A stretch of 14,159 nucleotides of DNA from Candidatus Pyrohabitans jungbluthii (GTDB lineage: Archaea; Hydrothermarchaeota; Hydrothermarchaeia; Hydrothermarchaeales; BMS3B), in contig MTMD02000004.1 in NCBI GenBank assembly GCA_002010065.2, positions 1-14,159 of the forward strand, written 5' to 3'. A model generated the notes under the pieces. It worked only from the letters and a program-made list of their open reading frames with translations, made no database searches and had not been told where the DNA came from. Position 1 is the stretch's first letter, and each line of letters begins with the position of its first letter. Made by a program: the position numbers and the translations under genes. This document shows positions 7,570-14,159 of this stretch, piece after piece.

Positions 7570-7626
7570 CCCTCCTGTGGGAAGAGAGACTAACATCTCC
7601 AACTTGCAGATTTTAAGGCACGAGTA

Positions 7627-8544
7627 TCAGCGGAACGCATCCTTCCCGTGCTTCTTCATCCTCTCAACAATCTCCCTGAACAACTCCCTGTAGTTATCCT
7701 CCGTAACCTCCTTCTCGATCTTTGCACCTGCGGCTACCTCTCTTCCCCCACCGCCGAAGAGCTGGGCAAGCTTGCGCAGGTTTACTTTGGGGTTGTTCCT
7801 GCGGAAGCTCAGCTTGCCGTCTGGGTAGACTACGACCACGAAATCTGTGCCCTTCTCCTGAAGGTAGAGCGACGCAAGGGTTGAGCTCAGGTACTTTTTA
7901 GACAGCGCCATGGCGCAAGTGTAGCCGTAAATATTAAACACCTCTAGGTGCTCATCAAGGTATGCGTAGCCCTTCTCCTTTGCTCGCTGGTATCGCTGAT
8001 AGGCTTCCTCAAACTCCTCATTCCAGAACTCACCCCGTGAGAGGGCTTCAACAAATCTCAGCTTATCGTAACCAGAGGAGATGACATCGTAGAGCTTCCA
8101 TGCAAGCTCGCTTTCCTCGCGAAAGTCGTGGGCATGGGCGAGGCGTGCGATCTCCTTTGAAACTTCGTCGCTGGGCATGAACTCCTGCTGCACAAGCTCA
8201 GCGGCGCATAGCTTGGAGCTGTGGATGAATCGAAGTTTTAGCTTCAGAATCTCCTCGCCCCCCTGCCAGTCGTGATGGTCTATCCAGATTACCTCGTTTG
8301 CTTCACAGAGCTTTGCCAGTGCGTCCTTGGCAGAGAGCACCCTTGAGTTGTACCCCAGGTCTGCGATTATTACCTTTTCGCCTTCAGTCTCTTCACTAAG
8401 CTTCACAATTATCTCAGTGAGGTCGTCGTAGTCAGCAAAGTAATGGGTTACCTCCTCACCTATTTCACGCGCAAACCTGCGCATTATCGCATGGCTTCCA
8501 AGACCATCGAGGTCCTTCTTGTGGGCTATGCATATGCAACCCAT
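7627..8544 (-). CDS. DHH/DHHA1 family phosphoesterase (NrnB/RecJ-like superfamily)
   Basis: HKKDLDG, IADLG, WIDHH, CAAELV, and C-terminal LSFR..GGGGREVAAG. Probable start ATG 8544, with a TTTATTA element about 25-30 nt upstream on the minus strand. Confidence 0.88.
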   Translation of the reverse strand: MGCICIAHKKDLDGLGSHAIMRRFAREIGEEVTHYFADYDDLTEIIVKLSEETEGEKVIIADLGYNSRVLSAKDALAKLCEANEVIWIDHHDWQGGEEILKLKLRFIHSSKLCAAELVQQEFMPSDEVSKEIARLAHAHDFREESELAWKLYDVISSGYDKLRFVEALSRGEFWNEEFEEAYQRYQRAKEKGYAYLDEHLEVFNIYGYTCAMALSKKYLSSTLASLYLQEKGTDFVVVVYPDGKLSFRRNNPKVNLRKLAQLFGGGGREVAAGAKIEKEVTEDNYRELFREIVERMKKHGKDAFR

Positions 8545-8616
8545 GGGCTGGTTATAGGAAAACGCGATAATAAATATTCGGGTGTGCATGAGATTTCCAA
8601 ACCCATGCATAATTTA

Positions 8617-8653
8617 GAAAAACTTAAATAGCGCCGGTTTGAGTTTAAACCGG
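8617..8653 (+). promoter_or_regulatory. BRE/TATA promoter plus palindromic operator upstream of the yeeE-like pair
   Basis: GAAAAACTTAAATA (8617-8630) is followed by the inverted repeat CCGGTTT-N6-AAACCGG (8634-8653). GGAGGT RBS at 8665-8670. Confidence 0.6.
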
Positions 8654-8677
8654 GTCAAGCCGAAGGAGGTCCAGAAG

Positions 8678-9169
8678 ATGGGAGTGAAGGAGCTTATTCA
8701 TGAGCCATTGGATGAAAAGAAGGGTGGTATCGCCCTGGGCATTATACTGGTACTTTTGGTAATCCCCGCTCTTGGTTATGGAAGAGCATGGGCGTTCGCT
8801 GGTGGCCTGCGTTGGATGGACTACAAGATACTCGAGGCAGCCGGCGCGTATTCGCTGCTCAGCAACAGCTTCTGGTCGCTTATAAAAGCGCCGATGCTGG
8901 TTTTCATATTCCTCGTTGCCTTCGTGGTGGGCAGCTTTATAGCAGCGAAGATAAACGGTGAGTTCGTAAACACCTGGGACAAGTCCACCATACACTACCA
9001 GATAATCGGTGGCTTCCTCATGGGCGTCGGCATAGTGCTCATAACCACCTGCAACATAGGCATCTTCCTAAACTCAATGCCCCAGCTCAGCATTGGCGGC
9101 TACATAGCTGCAGTGGGACTAGTGATAGGCACCTACATAGGGGCAAAGATATACGAGCGCACAATGTGA
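8678..9169 (+). CDS. YeeE/YedE sulfur-compound transporter subunit (C-terminal-half-like)
   Basis: GSFIAAKINGEF and GGFLMGVGIVLITTCNIG..LSIGGY match the second half of YeeE/TsuA. ATG 8678 follows GGAGGT. Confidence 0.85.
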   Translation: MGVKELIHEPLDEKKGGIALGIILVLLVIPALGYGRAWAFAGGLRWMDYKILEAAGAYSLLSNSFWSLIKAPMLVFIFLVAFVVGSFIAAKINGEFVNTWDKSTIHYQIIGGFLMGVGIVLITTCNIGIFLNSMPQLSIGGYIAAVGLVIGTYIGAKIYERTM

Positions 9170-9179
9170 GGTGAGGTAA

Positions 9180-9740
9180 ATGACCGACTATACGCTTGCA
9201 AATTACGCTGGTGCAATAGTTTTTGGTCTGCTTCTTGGCTTTGTGGTGCAGCGCTCCCGCTACTGCATGACAGGCGCAATACGCGATTACTTCCTATTCG
9301 GGATAACCCGCAACCTGCAGATGACCTTCATAGTGCTTGCGATAATAAGTTTCTTCTACACGCTGTTCCTCACCTATGGGGTATTTAGACCCACGATGGT
9401 ACCCGCTGGTTGGTTCACCCTTGTTGGCGGGATAATCTTTGGAATAGGCATGGCCATTGGCGGAGGCTGCGTGACGTCGACGTTCTACAGGATAGGCGAG
9501 GGACAGTGGAACTACGTCGCAAGCGTAATCTTCATGCTCGTGGGAATAATCGCTGGCTCCTGGCTCTTCAATGTTGCGCCCTACGCCTTCTTCTATGAGG
9601 GTTACACCTTCTTGGGCTACGACTACGGTCTCGTTTGGCTCAATGACCTTCTGGGTGACCTCCCGCCTGTGGCGGTTGGCGTGGTGCAGGCAGCGATATT
9701 CGCTATCGCTTACTACAAGCTCTCAAAAAGCGAGGCGTAG
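9180..9740 (+). CDS. YeeE/YedE sulfur-compound transporter subunit (N-terminal-half-like)
   Basis: GLLLGFVVQRSRYCMTGAIRD and GGIIFGIGMAIGGGCVTSTFYRIGEG match the first half of YeeE/TsuA. GAGGTGAGGT RBS at 9168-9177. Confidence 0.9.
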   Translation: MTDYTLANYAGAIVFGLLLGFVVQRSRYCMTGAIRDYFLFGITRNLQMTFIVLAIISFFYTLFLTYGVFRPTMVPAGWFTLVGGIIFGIGMAIGGGCVTSTFYRIGEGQWNYVASVIFMLVGIIAGSWLFNVAPYAFFYEGYTFLGYDYGLVWLNDLLGDLPPVAVGVVQAAIFAIAYYKLSKSEA

Positions 9741-9761
9741 CCCCCTTCTCTCCTTTTTTCC
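9741..9761 (+). terminator. Pyrimidine/oligo-T tract, putative archaeal terminator
   Basis: CCCCCTTCTCTCCTTTTTTCC lies directly after the stop of the second yeeE-like gene. Confidence 0.5.
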
Positions 9762-9832
9762 GGATATAACAGCAAAGTTTGCAGTGGTTATACATTAAGC
9801 AATATTATAAAAATATTTTAAAGGAGAGAAGG

Positions 9833-9979
9833 ATGAAACTGAGACTGCGTGTGGACGAGTTGATTAGCATACTTGTGAAGTCGGAAGAGTCGCTGCTCAA
9901 GAAGTACGACCTGGATGCGGCCAAACTTAAGAAGCTCCAGAAGTCACTTCAGGAGGGGAACTGGAGACTTATTCCCTGA
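9833..9979 (+). CDS. Small hypothetical protein (48 aa)
   Basis: MKLRLRVDELISILVKSEESLLKKYDLDAAKLKKLQKSLQEGNWRLIP. Preceded by a TATTATAAAAATATTTTAAA TATA-rich tract and an AAGGAGAG RBS. Codon usage looks host-like. Confidence 0.6.
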   Translation: MKLRLRVDELISILVKSEESLLKKYDLDAAKLKKLQKSLQEGNWRLIP

Positions 9980-10661
9980 TTTTTAATAGAAAGCTTGCTA
10001 CTAAAATACTCATTTCGTAGAGTATTATCAGGGGGAAGGAGAGGAGAAGCTGGCTCATTGGCGTAGGGTCAGCAGTTATAATTGCGGCTAGGGTTACTAT
10101 ACCCACATAGACAAACTTCCGCTTTTGTTTTAGAGACTCAACGCTCACGAAGCCGTGAAGCGCCAGCCAGGTTACCGCGAGGGGCAGCTCAAAGAGCAAG
10201 CTGAATATGACGGTAGTGAGGAATGCGAAGAAGATAAACTGGTTAATGCTGTAGTACGCAAGCACTCCTGCCTCGGTGGTAAGCGTCGTTAGCACTTTCA
10301 CAGCAGTGGGCAAAAGCAGAAAGTAAGTGAAGCCAAAGCCAAGGAAGAGGAGGGCAAGGGCTGCGATAAGCCACAGCAGTGTGCTTGCCTTAAACCTGAA
10401 ATGCAGGGTTCGCAGGATGATGAAGAGGGTGAGGGGGATAATCGCTATGCCCGTGAGCACAAGCGCTATCTGTAGCTTCACCATCACCGTCTCCAGCATC
10501 CCCGTGGCAATCAGTCTTGCGCTCTCGGGCAGGAGATCCTGCTTCATTCTGTGTATAATGAAGCCTGAGAGGTAGAAGAAGAGGGTGAAGAAGGCAAGGC
10601 CTGTGCCTAAGAGGAACCATGCATGCCTGCGCAGCAGGAGGAGGTATCTAAACAAAGCCAT
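9969..10661 (-). CDS. tatC: Twin-arginine translocase subunit TatC (divergent)
   Basis: Six-TM pattern with LIATGMLE..VKLQIAL, FTYFLLLP, FSLLFELP, L-x3-RK, AAIITADP..SQLLLSFPLIILYEMSI. Confidence 0.85.
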   Translation of the reverse strand: MALFRYLLLLRRHAWFLLGTGLAFFTLFFYLSGFIIHRMKQDLLPESARLIATGMLETVMVKLQIALVLTGIAIIPLTLFIILRTLHFRFKASTLLWLIAALALLFLGFGFTYFLLLPTAVKVLTTLTTEAGVLAYYSINQFIFFAFLTTVIFSLLFELPLAVTWLALHGFVSVESLKQKRKFVYVGIVTLAAIITADPTPMSQLLLSFPLIILYEMSILVASFLLKIRE

Positions 10662-10671
10662 ACCCTAAGCC

Positions 10672-11757
10672 TCATGTTATGAGAAGCTCCTCCTTCTCCT
10701 GCTCTAAAGCGAGGCGTAGCTCTCGCGCTATCCTGCGACCCATGCTCATGTTGTCACCGTACAGCAGATAGCTGTAGGGCGAGCCCGAGATGAAGGGGTT
10801 GGTGCCGGCTACGATTCGCGCTGAAATCTCGAAGGCTATGAATTCGAGGTCATGCGTAACCATGGTCTCCAAGCAAAAGGGACCAAGCATTCCCGGCGGG
10901 GCGATCTCCTTCGAGACTTCCACCAGGCGGTCGCCCATCTCAAGCACTCGAGGCAAGAGTGACTCCCTCGCAACGAGGGGTGCATTACCAACGACGACGT
11001 AGCTTGGCTCAATGTAGGTCTCTGTCTGGTCAATCGCGGGTATTCGCGTGAGCCCGTCGATGTTTGCCTCGTACCTGCGGTCTATGCCAAAGAGTTCCAC
11101 CTCGTTGGTTAGGGGGGAGTAAAAGTAGGAGAGGTACATATTTACCCCTGGTATGTACTCCTGAATCGTCGCCTTCTCCAGGTCTTCGCGGGTAATACTT
11201 CCGCGGCGTATCAGTCGCTCAGCTTTCCTCTTGAAGTCTTTGTAGCTTGCTACGATGAAGTAGCCTCTTCCGCCGCGAGCACCTGGAAACTTGACCAGGC
11301 TTAACCTGTCTATATCTCTGGGGTCCTTTGTCTCTTTGGGCATCTTTATTCCCGCTTTGGTAAGCCACTGCCTCTCAAGGTTGCGATCCGCCTCCCAGCG
11401 CAGTATGTGGCGGTTGCCAAGGAGAGGGACGCGAAGCTTTTCCTCTATGTTCCTCACGCCAACATATGCGATTAGCGAACCATGAGGAACAAGAAGGGCG
11501 TTGAGCTTTCTAAGCTTCTCCAGCGTCTTCTCTGAGATAGTCTCCGAGTAGCTATCCAGAGTTATTATCTCGTCAGCTACGCGAAAGCGGCGATAAAGAT
11601 CCGCGCGGTCTCGTTTGCAGACTACGACCGTTCTGAAGCCTTCCTCCTTCGCTCCTTTCAGAATCTGGAGCGCTGAGTGGCTACCCAGCGTAGCTATGGC
11701 GAGATCGCTCCTGTCATAGCCTCTGTAGATTTCCAGAATATCCTCTCTTTCAAACAT
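10672..11757 (-). CDS. purP: FAICAR synthetase (formate--phosphoribosylaminoimidazolecarboxamide ligase), canonical type
   Basis: TLGSHSALQIL, PHGS, GGRGYF, QEY, IDRRYE, VVGN, RESL and FEISARIVAGTN (ATP-grasp PurP signature). Confidence 0.95.
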   Translation of the reverse strand: MFEREDILEIYRGYDRSDLAIATLGSHSALQILKGAKEEGFRTVVVCKRDRADLYRRFRVADEIITLDSYSETISEKTLEKLRKLNALLVPHGSLIAYVGVRNIEEKLRVPLLGNRHILRWEADRNLERQWLTKAGIKMPKETKDPRDIDRLSLVKFPGARGGRGYFIVASYKDFKRKAERLIRRGSITREDLEKATIQEYIPGVNMYLSYFYSPLTNEVELFGIDRRYEANIDGLTRIPAIDQTETYIEPSYVVVGNAPLVARESLLPRVLEMGDRLVEVSKEIAPPGMLGPFCLETMVTHDLEFIAFEISARIVAGTNPFISGSPYSYLLYGDNMSMGRRIARELRLALEQEKEELLIT

Positions 11758-11765
11758 GCCCTCAC

Positions 11766-12902
11766 CTACGTCACAATCTCTTCCAGCCTGCCGAGCCTCA
11801 CCGCTTCGGCGATCTCCATCATGGCCAGGTCAAGCGGGTCTTCTATTCGTCTGCCGTACTTTATGCTGAGGTTGCGCATCTCAGGCGAGGTAGGTCCCAT
11901 TGCAGGATCGCCAGGAACGCGGGGCGAAACATCGAAGACCACAAACTCCAGCGTTTTGTTGTCTTCAGGCGAATACGCTATTGCACCCTGGAGGGAGAAG
12001 GGACCTATCATCTTTGGTGGGTACTCCTTCTCGACCACCCTGCGGAAGCGGTAGGCGGCATCGTAAACGAGGTGCTGCTTGCTCTCCCGCATGGTTACAC
12101 CGTAATGCCCTATCTCCTCGTTGGTCACGGGTACGCGAATCTTCAGCTGGTCCTTCGCGGGTAGATTGAGGAAACCCTGCAGATTTACCTGCCTCCTGTC
12201 TGAAAAGCCCACCAGATCAAAATCGCCAAAGATATCCTCTAACGCATAGCCATGGAAGTTGGCATTGAAGCGAGCACCCAGCACGTACTCCTCTATCCTC
12301 GCCTTGCTCAGCGTCTCCTCACTTATTATACCCTGTTTCAGAAGCTCCTCAGCCTGGCGATAGTAATCTTCTGGCGAGTCAACGTAGAAGAACGCCCTCT
12401 CCAGAGGGTTTGCGGCCTGCTGCACCTTGACTATGCACAGCCTGTCTATATCCTCCGGCTTTTCAAAGTGCTTCGGCGTTCTTATGCCCGCCTTTTTAAG
12501 AAGATAGTACTGCCCGCGCTCATCTTCGCGATCTTCTGCGCGCAGGATAAAGCGGTTGCCATACAGGGGCACGCGAAACTCGTTCTCAATCCCATCATAG
12601 CCCACATAAACGGCGAAGGAGCGGTTGGGAATAAAGATGGTGTTCAGCTCGCGAAGGCGCTCCTGCACCTCTTCATTGAGCATGTCCTTGAAGCGTTCTA
12701 CGGTTATTATCTCGTCATAGAGATGGCGGTTGTAAGTGGTATAGAGCTTCTCCCTGCCCTTCTGCACCACTATAGCAGTGCGGAAGCCAGCCACCTTTGC
12801 AGCGGCGCCTATCTCCTTGGCAGAGTGCGAGCCAAAAATGCCTATGGTTATATCCTTGCCATAGCCTGCGGCGATTTTCTGAATCTCCTCTCGCTTAAGC
12901 AT
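11766..12902 (-). CDS. purP: PurP-like ATP-grasp paralog (divergent class)
   Basis: GSHSAKEI, PNRSF, ERAFF (in place of GGRGYF), EEY, DRRQVN, EEIGH, RES and FDVSPRVPGDP. Confidence 0.85.
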   Translation of the reverse strand: MLKREEIQKIAAGYGKDITIGIFGSHSAKEIGAAAKVAGFRTAIVVQKGREKLYTTYNRHLYDEIITVERFKDMLNEEVQERLRELNTIFIPNRSFAVYVGYDGIENEFRVPLYGNRFILRAEDREDERGQYYLLKKAGIRTPKHFEKPEDIDRLCIVKVQQAANPLERAFFYVDSPEDYYRQAEELLKQGIISEETLSKARIEEYVLGARFNANFHGYALEDIFGDFDLVGFSDRRQVNLQGFLNLPAKDQLKIRVPVTNEEIGHYGVTMRESKQHLVYDAAYRFRRVVEKEYPPKMIGPFSLQGAIAYSPEDNKTLEFVVFDVSPRVPGDPAMGPTSPEMRNLSIKYGRRIEDPLDLAMMEIAEAVRLGRLEEIVT

Positions 12903-12907
12903 ATTTC

Positions 12908-13396
12908 CTACCCCTTTTTCTTTATCTTGATAATATCGCCAATTGTTAGCTCCCCTGAGGCTTTGCCTGAAGCGGAGTACTCCTCCTCTTCGGCAATCTC
13001 CTCGAGGATTTTAATGTCCAGCGCCCTCTCAAGCTTCTTTGCGATTTCCACGCTGGGCTTCATTTTACCTGCCTCAAGGCGCGCTATAACGGAGACCTTT
13101 TCATTTATCTTCCTGCCCAGCTCCTCCTGGGTGAGCTTTCTTGCCTCTCTCGCGCGGCGTATTATGTTGCTATAGTCCTCTACGACCTCCACGATGGGTT
13201 CGCGCTTACCCCCGTAGGGATACCTCTTCTTCGTTACGGTAACCGCCTTCCCGGGCTCCCGTCTGGGCAGGCGTGACCAGGTCTTCGCCTCCCTGCCGAA
13301 GCGCGCACATTGTTTACAGGTTTTCATCTCCGTGCCTTCAATTACCACCGAAACAGGCTTTCCCCAAATCTTGCGCCCGCACACTTCACACTCCAT
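12908..13396 (-). CDS. mbf1: Archaeal multiprotein bridging factor 1 (aMBF1; Zn ribbon plus Cro-like HTH)
   Basis: CEVCG..EGT..CKQC Zn ribbon, VEDY..IRRARE..LTQEELG..EKVSVIARLEAG..P HTH, and C-terminal LTIGD motif. Confidence 0.93.
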   Translation of the reverse strand: MECEVCGRKIWGKPVSVVIEGTEMKTCKQCARFGREAKTWSRLPRREPGKAVTVTKKRYPYGGKREPIVEVVEDYSNIIRRAREARKLTQEELGRKINEKVSVIARLEAGKMKPSVEIAKKLERALDIKILEEIAEEEEYSASGKASGELTIGDIIKIKKKG

Positions 13397-13443
13397 AACC
13401 AGAGCCTTCCTTAAAAATTGATGGGTTAATTATCTGTGGAGTA

Positions 13444-13453
13444 TTTTTAAATA
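13444..13453 (+). promoter_or_regulatory. Putative TATA box for endA, in the divergent mbf1/endA promoter region
   Basis: TTTTTAAATA ends 22 nt before ATG 13476, which fits leaderless spacing. Confidence 0.55.
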
Positions 13454-13475
13454 TTTTCCTCGAGAATATCTCAGT

Positions 13476-13973
13476 ATGAAAGGCTACCTTGTAGAAAAGT
13501 ATGTGATTCTCACCGACCAAAAGGCGATTTCCCAGCTTGTGCAGAAGGGCTATGGGAAGAAGAGGGAGGGCAAACTCTACCTCTCACTGGTTGAGGCGCT
13601 GTACCTTGTGGAGAAGGGCAAACTTGAGGTGTTTAGCGGAGAGCGCTCTTTAAGTCATGAGGAGCTTCTGGCTACGCCTGAGGAGGAGCTTCTGGTCAGG
13701 TATACGGTTTACCGCGACTTACGCGAGCGTGGCTATGTTGTGAAAACTGGCTTCAAATTTGGCTCGCATTTCCGCGTTTATGAGCGGGGAACTTACCCCA
13801 AGGAGCACTCCCGCTATCTGGTGCATGCGGTGCGCGAGGATAGCGCGATAAGCTTCACAGAACTCGCTCGCGCAGTGCGCTTAGCACATGGCGTGAGGAA
13901 AAAGATGCTCTTCGCTGTGGTGGATGAAGAGGGCGATGTTACATACTATGCCGTGGAGAGAATGACGCCTTGA
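13476..13973 (+). CDS. endA: tRNA-splicing endonuclease (tRNA-intron lyase), single-unit 165 aa
   Basis: LSLVEALYL, YRDLRERGYVVKTGFKFGSHFRVYERG..EHS..VRLAHGVRKK. The Tyr-His-Lys catalytic triad is present, and the length fits a homotetrameric alpha4 type. Confidence 0.95.
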   Translation: MKGYLVEKYVILTDQKAISQLVQKGYGKKREGKLYLSLVEALYLVEKGKLEVFSGERSLSHEELLATPEEELLVRYTVYRDLRERGYVVKTGFKFGSHFRVYERGTYPKEHSRYLVHAVREDSAISFTELARAVRLAHGVRKKMLFAVVDEEGDVTYYAVERMTP

Positions 13974-13980
13974 GTTCCAT

Positions 13981-14159
13981 TTATTTCTTCATCTCCCTCG
14001 ACTCAAGCTCCTGCCTGACCACGAGAAAGCTGTTTCTGGGCACGTCGCGATAAACTATAACCCCGGGGCCAACGAAGGAGCCGGAGCCTATCTTGCGCCC
14101 CGCGTTTATCATCACGTTTAGGCCAAGCTTTACGTTGTCGCCTATAACAGCGCCCATCT
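13981..14159 (-). CDS. glmU: 3' end of a GlmU-like bifunctional sugar-1-phosphate nucleotidylyl/acetyltransferase (partial)
   Basis: Minus strand reads MGAVIGDNVKLGLNVMINAGRKIGSGSFVGPGVIVYRDVPRNSFLVVRQELESREMKK*, a hexapeptide left-handed beta-helix C-terminus typical of archaeal GlmU. Stop at 13981-13983. Confidence 0.8.
   Translation of the reverse strand, partial: MGAVIGDNVKLGLNVMINAGRKIGSGSFVGPGVIVYRDVPRNSFLVVRQELESREMKK

Noticed and set aside
8637-8650. SurR binding site upstream of the yeeE pair
   Set aside because: The GTT/AAC spacings present (N2 and N8) do not match GTT-N3-AAC.
8545-8677. N-terminal extensions in the ORF track (DHH from 8610, yeeE from 8639; likewise 1159, 3905, 7556 and 9779)
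   Set aside because: The extensions run through promoter-like AT-rich DNA, and downstream starts fit family N-termini and TATA/RBS spacing better.
9167-9169. TGA stop of the first yeeE-like gene as a possible selenocysteine codon fusing the two halves
   Set aside because: The second gene is in a different frame and has its own RBS and ATG. The TGA is not at a conserved Cys position, and no convincing archaeal SECIS was seen downstream.
12252-13175. 307-aa plus-strand ORF
   Set aside because: It lies antisense to purP-like and mbf1, has no recognisable motifs, and looks like a shadow ORF produced by codon bias.

Overview
Archaeal chromosomal segment, judged from a euryarchaeote-type gene set, leaderless TATA promoters and GGAGG/GAGGTG ribosome-binding sites; the lineage cannot be fixed from sequence alone. 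Housekeeping genes: 3' end of a Rad50-like ATPase, argC, a CBS-pair protein, a DHH phosphoesterase, an aMBF1-purP-like-purP-tatC operon, the tRNA-splicing endonuclease endA and the 3' end of a GlmU-like gene. Less ordinary content: (i) a 660-aa membrane protein that appears to fuse a catalytically degenerate CDP-alcohol phosphotransferase domain, two carboxypeptidase-regulatory-like beta-sandwiches, an acidic linker and an inactive KaiC/RecA-like (DUF835-type) domain, which is a candidate lipid/membrane-sensing signal transducer; (ii) an STT3/AglB-like GT-C glycosyltransferase lacking WWDYG; (iii) a decayed DUF2281-like antitoxin plus PemK/MazF toxin pair in the 5636-6041 gap, which the ORF track misses; (iv) a split YeeE/YedE sulfur-transporter gene pair in permuted order behind a palindromic operator; (v) a TatC lacking its usual signal-recognition motifs. 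No rRNA, tRNA, CRISPR array or intact mobile element was seen. All family assignments are by motif recognition, not database search.
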